Source: Octopus vulgaris
Lineage: Eukaryota
Direction: 5' to 3'
NCBI GenBank assembly: GCA_951406725.2
Contig: OX597823.1
Location: 96,038,001-96,102,000, forward strand
DNA: 64,000 nucleotides
In this document: piece by piece, positions 1-64,000 of the stretch
Position numbering within the stretch: position 1 is the first letter of the stretch
Layout: each line of letters starts with the position of its first letter
The notes under the pieces: model-generated
The model's database searches: none
Seen by the model: only the letters and a program-made list of their open reading frames with translations
What the model was told of the DNA's origin: nothing
Program-made: the position numbers and the translations under genes

Positions 1-2672
1 TTTTAGTTTTCATTTTAAAACTAAGGCGATGACCTTCACCACACAAAAAAAAAAAATGCAGGCTATGTCATTGTTTATTGTTTGTATTACTTATATTGGT
101 GATGATGATGGTGATGATTGTGTTATGTAAATGTCGACAGTTGTTGCTGGTTTGTGGAAATATTGATGGCAGATGTGTTGCCAACAAAGACGATGATAAT
201 GTTGCTGTTGTTATGGCTGTTGCTCTCAGATCTAATCCTATCTGCTGTAACAAGACAGATATCCATCTAATCATCATAATCATCATCATCTAATGTCCAT
301 TTTCCATGCTGGTATGGGTTGGACAGGAGCTGGCCAGCTGGGGAGCTGAAACCAGGCTCCAGCCATCTGTTTTGACTTGGTTTCTATGGCTGGATGCCCT
401 TCCTAATGCAAACCACTTTACAGGGTGTATTGAGTGCTTTTTATGTAGCACAGGTTTGGTGTTATAGCTGTAAAGTCACACCTGTAGGGTTGACTATATT
501 CCTTCCTGTTATTAACCATTCTTGTGGCCATTCAAGACTTGGATGCTATGAAGAGAAAGTTTTAATCTGCAAGCTTAAGTGAATGTTTAGAATTTCTCTA
601 ATCTAAAACGGTAGAATTCATAGATACTGCTGCTGTGTCATCATCATCATAGCTTGAAGAATCTGTTTTGACCCAGGTCAACTGTCACAGAAGAGGTCTG
701 TGGCTGAGGGTATTTCAACCATGGCCTTCTCAACATTATTTGTTGATAAAGTATATCTAGAGGTCCATTATTCAATGTGTCTGTTTTATATGTTGTGGTG
801 AAGTATGATTTAAAGGGAAAGTTGTTTCTAGCGATGGAGCAACATCTAGAAACTTCTACATTGGTTTGTTTGTTGGGATGTATCGCATTCAATGGTTTGG
901 TCTGCAAGAAGGAACTGTAATTATTGCCTCCACATCCCCTCTGAGACCATTCATGCCGTTAGTGTTTCTCTTGAATAACTCTCAGTAAAATATGAAGAGG
1001 GAAAGTGAAGTGTTCAGTATGTGTGGTGGGGAGGAGTCAGCATGGGTAACAAGAGTATCTGAATGGAGAGGGACATCAGAGCAACCAGCTTTGATGTGTA
1101 GAGACTATTGTAGTAGAAAAGATAGGAGATGGAGGAGACACAGCAGTGGAAAGGGGAAGTTTTAGAAGGGATGTACATAATGTGTGTGGGTAGAGGTGGA
1201 TGTAAAACTTGTAGCAAATGTTTTTTGATCTTGAAGCATATTGAAAGAAAAAAAATATATATATATATATATATATATATTCAGCTTTTCTTTGATGTTC
1301 TCTAATACTTGTGGAACTTTTGCCTTAGACATATTGATTTAGTGTTTAAAGGTGTTCATTTTAGGTTTCATCATTTGTCAAATCTAAACACCAGACAAGG
1401 TAACCTCACTAGTACTGGTGCCACATAAAAATCACCCAGTACACTCTGTTAATAAGTGGTCGGTGTTACAAAGGGTATTTGACTGTAGAAGCCAAATCAA
1501 AAATTACGCCTGGGCCAGATGTGGTTCTCTGGTCCTTTTAGGTGACCACCATCTCCAAATATGCGCTGAACCTGCCTGTGAAGATTTACCTAAGCCAGTT
1601 CAATGTAGAAATTGAATGGAAAACAATAGAGCTGATGATGTCAATTTTTCAATTTGTTTCACTTTGAATTCTGTTCTTGCTTTTTAGAACATTGCTTTTC
1701 TTTGTTATTAATTATCATTTTTATAATGAATTTAATTAAATGATTTATTTATTTAATGCCATTCATATATGAACTTGGAATTGCATCTAGTTGACCTTAT
1801 ATTCTGTTGTTTATTTCATATACGTTTGTTTATATTAATTCTGGAAAAATCATGTCTATCTCTAAATTGGCTGATCCATTAAAAACATTCTGAAACTCCA
1901 CTCGTATTCTTTCAGATAGATTTAGATCTTGTTTATAGTATACTCACACACCAACTTGTAATTTTTAAAAATCACGTTTTAATTAAATCTTGAAAGTCAT
2001 ATCTGCATCTCCAGCCATGGCGATATATTCTCAAAAGCCAGGATATCCTCATGACTCAGAGTAACTTTCACTCTGTTGCCTTCTGAACTATTTTCGTATG
2101 TAATCTACTGAAACTGTGTTTAATTTTAGCCTGTGATATTGAAAAAGTGCTGCAAGCTGCTGGTAATAAGTAGAGGGTAGTCATGAAATAGTTGTTAGAT
2201 CAGCCCTCAGACACTTCTTTGCAGATTCATTCAAGCTTTAGCAGCAGGGTGGCGGTAGTGGTGAGTGCAGGGTAGGGTTAGGGATAGTGTGGGCGTTTAA
2301 CTGATGGGGATGATGTTAAGGATAATGATATGGCAGCAGAACTACTTTTTGGGGAAATTTAATCTTAAGTCCCTCTCTCTCTCTCTCTTTCTCGGTGACC
2401 ATTTGTTATTGAAATCTAAACCGTGAATAAGTTTAAAATTAAATCAATATTGAAATTTTAATAAAATCATCCATTTATAATTTCTGCTTCTCTGCTCATA
2501 CCCTTACTTTTTAACTTTTTTTGTTTTTCTTTGGTGAAGCAGTGATGGGGGTGTTAGTCATCCTAGTACTACAACCTGGACTAGTTCTAGAAATTGGTGA
2601 TGTGGTGTTAGTTGTACTAATAAAAGTGTCGACCAGTTGTTTGGTGGAGTGATGAAGTTGGTGTTAGTTGTA

Positions 2673-2687
2673 CTGCTGCTGCTGCTG

Positions 2688-2718
<31 letters not shown>
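2673..2718. repeat. (CTG)n(CTA)n compound microsatellite; (AAT)n tracts at 3787-3817 and 37238-37277
   Basis: Direct inspection. Confidence 0.9.
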
Positions 2719-2721
<3 letters not shown>

Positions 2722-3782
2722 AGTGTGGACCAGTGGTAGTAATTGGCAGTGTTATCTATGTTTGTCACCAGCCACTACAACACTGACTTCATCTCCAGCT
2801 TCTCTGACCTTTCTCTGATCTATTGATGATTGCTTCTAATTGCTGATTTAATCCACTTAGAAGAAACGTTCCCAGGCTTAACATTTCTCTCTGTGCATGT
2901 GGCAGCGTGACTCTGTGTGTGTGTGTGTGTGTGTGTTGCTTGTAAATTTATCAGTAGAACTTCCTATATTTCCTGTGTAGTGATGATGATGATGATGGCA
3001 GTGGTGGTGTTGGCTGGGGTGAGTTTTGATTGCAGTTGTTGACTGTGGTGGTGGGGGAGGAGGTTGTTTAAATGTTTTTTTTTTGTTTTTATTTTGTGTA
3101 GCCAAGTATTAAGAAGCTCCACTCTAAGAGACTTTAAAATAATCTGATGAAACTTCCCACTCACTTCAGATTACTTAAATGTTTTTTTTGTTGTTGCTGT
3201 TGTTGTTTTTCTTGTTGTCTGTGTGTGTAACAGTCTCCAGCTCTGTGCCTGCCTTTTACGTTAAGTGGAGGTGGTGCTGGGCTTCCACCCTGGGACAACT
3301 CATCTCTTATTCTATAATATTACACATTCGTTTGGCATTCGTTTCTGAATGGAATACTTGTGTTGCCCACAAGAGGAATCCTACCAAGTTGACACTGATT
3401 TAAATAAACATGGTGGGTGGTGGTGGGGGGTAGGGACGGAGGGGGTTGTGGTGTTGGAGATTTAGATTTATTGGTTAGCAATGCACTGTACTTATGAACT
3501 TATGAAAACTAGTAAATAATAATAATAATTTTCAACTAGCAATAACCACGCCTCAGATTTACCTCATTGGCCATAATAATAATCCCTTCTAGTGAAGGCA
3601 CAAGGCCTGAAACTTTGGGGGTGGGGGATAGTTTGATTACATTGACCTCAGTGGTTCAATGGTACTTAATTTATCAACCCCAAAAGGATGAAAGGCAAAG
3701 TCAACCTCGGCAGAATTTGAACTCAGAATGTCAATGGGCATTTTGTCTATCATGCTAACGATTTTGCCAGCGCGCCACCACC

Positions 3783-3819
<37 letters not shown>

Positions 3820-4848
3820 TAGCAGCAGCAAGCCGTAGCAGGGCTCACCAAGTTACGCAATCCAAAAGATAGTGTTGCTAGGCACAACCAACACCCAATG
3901 CAAGAAAGTTCTTAACTCAGTCCCACGGCTTGTGCAGTGCATGGTCCCTGTGCACACAGCGCAGATTCTATTTCATCCCCACCCAGTAACACAACAAGGA
4001 CTTCCTCCATAACTGATCACATACTCCCTCTATAATTGATGGCTGACACTGTAATACCAGCAACTTACCCAATTTCCATTCTATGCTACAGCAACCTATC
4101 AAAAACACTGTGATGCAATGTGGACTTTACACCAGCATTTTCAAACTGCAGCGTCTCAATGGACATAATGTACCCTCTGCTGGGGGGGGGGGGATGCTGC
4201 TGCTGCTTATTTTAAAATACATTTTCTATAAAAATTTGCATCATATTAATTCTTTATTATTAAGTAAAAATACTTATTTGCTGACTAATAATCTTATTTT
4301 TATTAAATTTTTATTTTTGGGGTTTCCCCATTTTTAACCTGGCTTACGCCACTCACAGGCCACACTTGTGTTTGAAAAGAGTCGTGTTTGACCTGCTTGC
4401 TCTACACAGCCAACACAATGTACTCTACACAACCATCATCTGTCACTAAAGTACATTACACCATTCACAGAGCACATCATCATTTTAATGTCCATTTTCT
4501 ATGCTGGCATGGGTTGGACGGTTTTGATCAAAGCTGGCAAGTCAGAGAGAGAGGTACACCCGACTCCATAAATAACACTCAACTAAATAACACAACAACC
4601 AGCACAGTATATAAACACAGTAATCATTAATTTGACAGTAAAATGAAGGGGAGAGAACCTCTACGTAGTGAGGTCCCCGGGTTGCAGTTGCAAGCACAGC
4701 TGATTGATACAAAGGTTAGCAGTGAATATGGGAATGAACTGTCCTGGAGCATCCGGCATTTGCTCTGCATTTGGTTTCAAGTTAAAGCCATAAAAAGCAG
4801 TATGGTCAAGGGGTCAGGGTCAGCGAAAGAATCCTCCACTAACTAAAG

Positions 4849-5070
4849 GCAACACATGTGTCTGTCTTGTCTTTTACTTGTTTTAGCCATTTGGTTGTGT
4901 CCATGCTGGAGCACTGCCTTGAAGAATTGAACTCAGTAATTACTTTTTGAAAGCTTGGTGCAACACATGTGTCTGTCTTGTCTTTTACTTGTTTTAGCCA
5001 TTTGGTTGTGTCCATGCTGGAGCACTGCCTTGAAGAATTGAACTCAGTAATTACTTTTTGAAAGCTTGGT
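4849..5070. repeat. Perfect 111-bp tandem duplication at a SINE end
   Basis: 4849-4959 equals 4960-5070, GC junction microhomology. Confidence 0.9.
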
Positions 5071-6488
5071 GCTTATTCTATCGGTCTCTTATTCCAAACT
5101 GCTAAGTTATGGGGATGGAAGCATACCCACACCAGTTGTCAAGTGGTAGGGAACACGCACACAGATAGACACAGGCGCATGAGCATGCATCCACACGCGC
5201 ACGTGCACACACACACACACGACAGGCTTCTTTCAGTTTCCATCAACCAAATCCAATCTGAAGGACACTGCTTGTATATACTGCAAAAACATGAGGTGCT
5301 GTAGAAAGTTGCATAAATTTGTTTCAAACAGCAACATTAAGGGTTTCTAATTTAAACACAAGACCAAGTTTTAAGGGGTGGGATCTAGCTGATTAAAGCA
5401 CCCCTATATTTCACTGGTACTTAACCAGATTATTCTGTCAAGCGTAATGGTTGTTTATTCCCATTCAATCGTGCATTAGCTCTTGGGTTCAAGATTTTGA
5501 TGGTTGTTTACTTACAGAATGACATTGTAGGGTAGGTGTAAGGTGTTGGATCTGGCCCATTTGAACACAAGAGGTAGAATATTTTGGTCAGATCTGGTCA
5601 GTTTAAATGCTAAAGGGCTAATTGGTACTTTATAATTATGACCACAGTGGGATGAAAGGTGAAGAGAACTTTGGCAATGCTGCTGGTGGTGGTTTCTTAC
5701 ATTGGGCTAATTCCACAATTTGTTGGGGTAGGGAGAGTTGATGTCACTGATCCACTTGTACATATTTTATCACCCCCACTTCTACCCAAGAAATGAAAAG
5801 TAAAGCCAGCCTGGTGAGAGACTTGGGACATATAGGGACCAAAATACCCTTAATTTAACAACTTGCTTTATTAATAAAGATCTTCAAAACAATAGCAAGT
5901 TTTGAGCTTCAGAACACCTTATCTCCTCCTAAACGGTAATTGGAATGTTCCAGCATTGTTGAAGTGGTTGTTAATTATGATTTAAATATAGACTATTTAA
6001 AAAGTAATTAATGTCTTAATGTATGTTAATAAATTAATTATACCTCTTAATCAAATTGAGAACATATACAGCCTGTAATGAACGTCTGTGTGTGTGATTG
6101 CAACGCTCCTTGTCTAGGAGCTTTCAACACTACTATCCATCCAATCTGCTGTGAGCCTTGCAACTTTTTCACATTATGGATTGGATCAAAATTGTATGAG
6201 ATTATTGTTAATCCAGCCACTTAATGCCTTCATTACCATATTTGTTGAAATCCACTGCTTTTGTTTCAATTTATTTTGAAAATAATAAATCTATTAGAAT
6301 AACTTGGTCCTTAGGACACTGGTGTTTTGAACTTAATTTGACCTGAAATTTTGATGGAAGAGTTTAAATGAGATCGCTTATATTAAGAAATTTGCATCAT
6401 AGACCCAGGTTAAGTTTGAAACTATCAGAATATTGTAAAATTATTTTCACCCTAATTACAGGTGTATTATTGTTTTATATTCTTTCAG

Positions 6489-58153
<51,665 letters not shown>

Positions 58154-61100
58154 GTAAGTCTGCAATTAATTTATTAATTAATTTTGCAATGATGTTTAAT
58201 TTAGTCGTTTTATTGTTGTTGGGATTGGCAGAATTGTTAGAACATAGGGGGAAAAATGCCTTGTGGTGTTTGGTTTGGCTTTTTCTGTTCTTCAAATTGA
58301 AGTCCTGTAGAGATCAACATTGCATTCATTGTTCTGGAATTGATAAAATTAAGTAGCACTGAAGGACTAGGGCCAATGGTATGAATTAAAGCCCTTCCCC
58401 TCAAGAATTGCTGGTGAAACCCTTCATGGCTGAGTTTCTGGAGTGTATTGATAAAGAAACTGGAAAAACTCAAGATTTTATTGCCATGACTTGATGATAC
58501 AACCTCAAGTGTTTTTATTTTTACCCATCCTGAAATTGAAACTGTGAGTGTGGTTTACACAGATGTGAATGTCATCTGATATAAAATCCCTTAATTAAAG
58601 GTCTCAACATTCTGGGATATTTTTTTCCTATACTTTTCCCTTTTTATAGACAGATTTCTTTCTATGTATGTGATGCTTTGAATGGGGAAATACTCACAGA
58701 CAAAATTCAAATATTAAGTGTGTCATCTGGGTAATCTGATGTTAGAATAGTTGAGGGTAGAGATGACAGTTTTGTGTTGATGTGGAGGAGTTTTGGTGTT
58801 GTGAAAGGAATGTTAAATGCTAATCCAAAATACCAAAGTATTAATATTGAAATAAAACTTTGTTTAAATTGTGATTCTGTGGCAAAATTATGTTAGCATA
58901 TTGCCCTACAAACAAACTACTATCAGAATTAACTCATTTCTTCACATATTCCTTAATTAAAATTGTCTTGATTAACACAGTTATATTAGCCATGTTATGT
59001 CTGTATTGTTGCTACACTGACTTTGTGCTGTGTTGATAAGGTACTCTGTTAACAAAGAACATGTATTTGACATGACAATGTTACCATGGCTGTTGGCTTG
59101 CATGGTGTTATGTCAACACATTTTAGTGATAAATCCAGTGGTTTTATTCATACCAAACTGACTTGGTTCTTCTCTTCCTCAAATGGTAGATTTTTTTTGT
59201 CTTTAGAACTTTGGGGATTGCAATGAAAACCTGTACAGGAAGCTAATGTCAAAGAGATAATTCAGTTATAGTTTCAACATTGAATGCATAGAATTATGGA
59301 CATGGCATTTAGACACAGCAGTTCTTTCAAATGTTCTGCTTCTAAGATTCAGTTGATTTGCTTATACCTTAGTTTGTAATTAATGGTTTCCCTTGAAAAA
59401 AATAATTTGAAAAATTTTTATATTCTATTTTTCTCACCCCTCTACACACTCCTACTCAAGGCTGACTGTCCATAATGGTTCTTTCTCTCTTGTATAGAGA
59501 GTAAGAATAATTATTAGAATGTCGGATAGAATGCATTACAATGTTTGTTCCAATACTTGACCTTTTAAGTTCAAATTCTGCACTGGTCAACTTTGCCTGT
59601 CATCCTTCTGGTTCTTTGACAAAAATAAAGAACCAGTCAAGCACTGGAACCAATGTAATCAGCTTGCCCCATCTGTCCCAAACTTGCTGGCCTTGGGCTT
59701 AAATTAGAAACAGTATGTAGTAGTAGTAGTAGTTTCAAATCTTATTGACCCCCTCCCATCAAAAGGACAAAAAGTAAAGTCCACTAATGATAATTATAAT
59801 TAATATGAAAGAGGGGCCACAATTGATTAGACTTTGAGAAACATCCAAAATCAGGGTTAGAATGAATGGATTGTTAGAAACTGGTTAATGCTGAACAAAA
59901 CTGTTTTGTAGTATTTAGTGACATCCTTTTTATGTTTTAAGTTCAAATCACACTGAAGTCATCTAAACTCTTCTTCCCTTGTTTCCCTCCAAATGTTTGC
60001 CATTTCTATTAGAAAGCATTATTATTGCTCATTTTCTTTTCTATGTTTGGGATAACATCTCAAAATTTTGTTTGTCCCTGTCATTGTCAACCGTACTTGA
60101 AACTGTGCTTTTATTGATAGCCACAAACACTATATCTAGCATGAATACCCCTGCTGTTGTGGTAATGTACTCCTTCAATCGACTCCCCAAGATCATTATT
60201 ACTGCATGATTACTCATTCTTAATTTTTACATCGTTTACTCTAACGAACATTTATTGGTTTTGCATGAATTCTTAACTCTTTACAAAATGTCATCTTATT
60301 TTCTTACTAATTATTTGTTTTTTTCACACAAGTTGAAAGTATTTCCTTTCTCTGTTCTTGACAATTTTACCATTTTCAGGCTGTAATTTACAAAACAGCT
60401 CTGTTATGGCAAGCTGTCTGCAGTAATTCCTTCAAGACAAATGGCTTGAGACTATTTGGCATTATTTCCAATTTCTTCCCCATAGAACCCAAGTGAATTA
60501 ATTTCAAAGATATCTCTTGAAGAAGAAATAACCGAAATGGTTGCATTAGTCCAACTCTTAACTCAAATGTTGTACCTGCAGTGTTTGTTCTGGCTTTTTC
60601 TGAGATCAAATCCTGCCAAGATCAACTTTATCGGTCATCCTTGTAGGGGTGATGAATTAAAGCACCAGTCAAGATCTGAGCTCAATTCAATCTGGTAATC
60701 AATATTCCCCAAATTTCCTTCCTCGTAAACCAGGTTAGAAATGAGCCTCAGACAAAACTCCTTCATTGTTGCTCTTTACATTATGAGTTCAAATCCTAGT
60801 GAGATCAGATTTGTTTTTCATCTCTCTGGGGAGTCAGTTAGGCCCCAGCCAAGTTCTGGAGTTGGTATAATCAATTAAAACTGTCCTCTCCAATTTGTGC
60901 TTAAATTAGAAATTTATTATTATTATATGAAAACTCACAGCTTATTTTGCTGGGTATGATGGAAAGTGTCAGCTGTCCAGAATTGCTGGTGTCAGACAAA
61001 ACCCCACCACCTGGTCCTTGGGTACCCATAACTGTTCCGCATTCAGATTACTCTATGAAGGACTTCTTTATTCACATTGTTTTTAATTAATCATGCATCA

Positions 61101-61892
61101 TCTCATAATTTCAAGATTTAAAAAATGTGATTGTATATTTTTTTTAATGACATTGTAAGATAGGTTCAAGAGACCAGATCTGGTCAGTTTGGACATTAAA
61201 CAGGTAGAACAGTTTAGATGCTAAATAGTTAATAGTCCACTCAGTATTAGGGTCAATTCTTGAGTTTCAGGAAAATTCCTTCTACCCAGCAGCTTTAGTC
61301 CCCACCCCCAATGAAGGAAAGAGTGTAGCTGCTGCCCTCTTGTCCTTCATTTTGAAAAAAAAATGGGTTTTTTTTTCCTGCATGTTATTTAATTCTAACA
61401 ATTTTCTTTTCTTTGTTTTGTTGTTGTTTTCCCTCACTAATTCTTGTCTTCACAAGTAAACTTTTATTTTTCAGTAAACTAAATCAAACGAAACACATAG
61501 AGATCCATTGAATCTCACAAATGAAAGTCTAAGGTTTGGTCCAGAGCTTATTCTGTCACTGAGGGTTTGTCGGCTGGTTTGGTGGTTGGTCAACCATGTA
61601 GCATTGTTACTGTCACACTTGGTGGCAATAGATGGCATGATGTGGGGGCTTTCATCTATATTTCTATATATATTTCTCTTTTATCATAGATATTTTTCAA
61701 CACATTACACAAACAAACAATTAGTTAGATATTTAACCAGTTGACAAATAATAAAGGAGTGAAATTAAACCAGTGTGTGTGTGTAATGACCCTCCCATGA
61801 CAAGATTTGTTTGAACACACACATTCACTTCAGGAGTCTTGCAAACCAGACACAAAAACAAAATAATTCTTTGATGTTTTCCTTTATTTCAG

Positions 61893-61924
61893 TGATAAGT
61901 TCCAAAGTTGAAACTCTCCTGTAG
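61893..61924 (+). CDS. Candidate alternative terminal exon giving VISSKVETLL*
   Basis: gttttcctttatttcag acceptor; phase 1 compatible with the donor at 58153. Confidence 0.35.
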
Positions 61925-64000
61925 TTGTCAAGTTGTGTCTGTTAATCCGGCTTGCTTTAATCTGCCTCCATCCCAGCTTAAGACTCTAGAAGAGTAGAGT
62001 AAAAGACATACAAAATTCAGACATTTGATCAACAGATTCTTGTCTTAATAATCAAATCTTCAAAATTATCTGTCCATTTTAGAGTGATCATGAGAAAAAA
62101 CCCAAAAAAAGCTAAAAGCAAAAAAGAAGAAAAAAAGCTAAAAGAGAAAAAGTTGTTTTTTCTTTTTTCTTTGCTGCTCTTCAAGGGATGGGGGGTGGGT
62201 AGAACCCCTGACTCTCATAGACCCTTTGTTACTGGTGAGAGAATGATGGTGTTAATGGTCAGCCTTTTAGATGTAATCTGATTTATTTTAAGGTTGTGCT
62301 TTCACCAGAACCCTAACCCTCAGTGACAGTGAGGCCCAGCATTTAGAGTAGCTGTAAGGGTTGTGATGTCGTACCAACATGTTTAGTGGGTGGTGAAGGG
62401 GTATTTTCTTGATAGTGTTTCAGGTTTTTTACTGTTAAGAGACAAGGTTGTTGTGGTTGGCCCTGTTAGAGCATGGTCCCAGAATGTCTTTTCAGGGATT
62501 CAATGCAGGTTTGATGTTTGGTGTCTAAGTTGTGTGTGGTGATGTCTGTTAAGAGAATGCTTAGGTGGAATGAAGGGTCATGTTGTTTGGATGAGAATGT
62601 TGTTGGAAGTTTTGGCATTGATGTAGAGGAGGGGGTGGGGAAATGAGGGACAGAATTGACCCCCGAGCATGGTTGAGGGTCGGGCAGATAGCATGCCATC
62701 AACACATGACATAACAGTGCCTTCTGATTTCTACTCGACAAAATATCTTTGTAGGCAGCAAATTTCCTTAACAAGGACAAACCCTGAAATCATTGACTCT
62801 GTATGGCAGCAGTCTTTTGCTCCTTTGAAGTGATCAGTGTCTAAAAGACTTTCTCAACCCCAGAGCTCATTAATTTCTTGTTATTGGATCCTGTTGAGTT
62901 AATTAGCACTGTCTAATTTGGGGCCAACTATGGAACTGTGTATACGTTGAATCTCCAACTACATTCTACACTCAACCAATTTTGACCTGTTGACTCCCTT
63001 TGATCCCTATTTCACTCTAATGAATTCTTGGAACCATTCACTGTTTAAAAAATTCCTCTTATATTTTTATAATTAAATATTATATAAAAATATTTAAAAT
63101 ATTTTTTTTTATTGTAGAATCAAGACCAATTTATTATTTATTAATTTTATGCCCCCCCCCCTCAGGTCATATGAACTTTGGCTGAGAATCCCTGCTCTTA
63201 ATCTTTGCTATAAGTTTACCTGAAAAGTTAAGATTATGCTATTATTTATACAAGGACAAACTCAAAACAATGGGAATATGGAGTTATTCATTCCATTATA
63301 GATTGTATTCTTTGCACCACAACAAAAGTTTCTCCATTTTTTTCTTCTTTGTTGTCTCAATTATCCTTTCTATCAACTTTCCCACACAGCCATTTTTTAA
63401 AAAAACTGCTTTCTTTCTTCCAAATTCTTCATTTCATTCTTTTGAACTCCTTCTTCAAACTTATTTTTTCGTTCACAATATCCAATTTCGACATTTTTTT
63501 TTTTACTTTTTATCTTAGAGTAAAATAGGTTCTTTCTTTCTTTCCTTTCTTCCTGGCAATCCCCACTACCACCACTCTCCATCCAAAATTGAACTGGCCC
63601 TGGATTAATCCCTTGCATGTGGTATTAAAATAAATCTTTATTCTTGGGTTTACTCACATGTGTCAAGACACATGTATGTACAAAGGGCCACTTTTATCTA
63701 TCTTATTACTTTGTCATTTGATTGGGAAAAGGAATTAATTCTGCTCTTTAGGACCTAATTTTACTCTTTCAGTTAAACATTCAAACCAGACTTTTCACGT
63801 CTCTTAAAAACAAAAGATTATATCTTTTATTGTTTGTTTTATTTAGTTAATAAAGTCAGTCCCATGAATTTTCCTTTTTTTTTTTTTTTTCGTTGAATAC
63901 AAATGGTAAATTGTTTGCAAAAGACAAATATTTCTCCTGAGTCTTAATCTTGGAAGTGTGGAGAGAATTAAAATGACATTTAAATTTCAGTGTTTTCTAA

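Noticed and set aside
6462-6488. In-frame upstream acceptor adding CIIVLYSFR to the first exon
   Set aside because: It would insert into a conserved GBD helix, and the 27 nt look like the pyrimidine tract of the 6489 acceptor.
1-6488. Upstream FMNL exons (LEISLRTN-type motif, myristoylated N-terminus) or an internal promoter
   Set aside because: No matching exon or convincing promoter found; treated as intron.
60415-60426. C-terminal CLQ* as a CaaX prenylation signal
   Set aside because: Cys is third, not fourth, from the end, so it is not CaaX.
62084-62281. Lys-rich ORF (VIMRKNPKKAKSKK...) as a basic DAD tail
   Set aside because: It needs a GAG acceptor just after a better TAG that gives an immediate stop; the lysines come from A-rich low-complexity sequence.

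Overview
AT-rich eukaryotic genomic DNA. The SINE/LINE/MITE repertoire and microsatellite load suggest an octopod cephalopod (Octopus); this is inferred, not searched. The whole window lies inside one + strand multi-exon gene for a formin-like protein (FMNL/FRL family). I traced 24 GT-AG exons from 6489 to 58153. They join in frame (2576 nt, about 858 codons) and cover most of the GBD/FH3 (DID) region, the coiled coil, FH1 polyproline, FH2 and the start of the DAD. The N-terminal exons and the canonical basic DAD-tail exon were not found in the window. The introns are filled with RTE-clade LINE fragments, at least three tRNA-derived SINE families, piggyBac-, hAT- and Tc1-like MITEs, a Helentron-type non-autonomous element, fold-back palindromes and microsatellites. 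Most notable: (1) a ~440-bp palindromic element whose arms join a tRNA-like head to a Penelope-type minimal hammerhead ribozyme, plus a second family with a variant hammerhead core; (2) a SINE whose three intact copies all have target-site duplications starting with GGT; (3) candidate alternative FMNL exons, including an 87-nt cassette before FH1 and C-terminal variants, one ending in a PDZ-ligand-like ETLL; (4) a PHD-like finger inside the RT of a LINE whose two copies lie inverted around six exons. Most ORFs in the supplied track are repeat or microsatellite noise.
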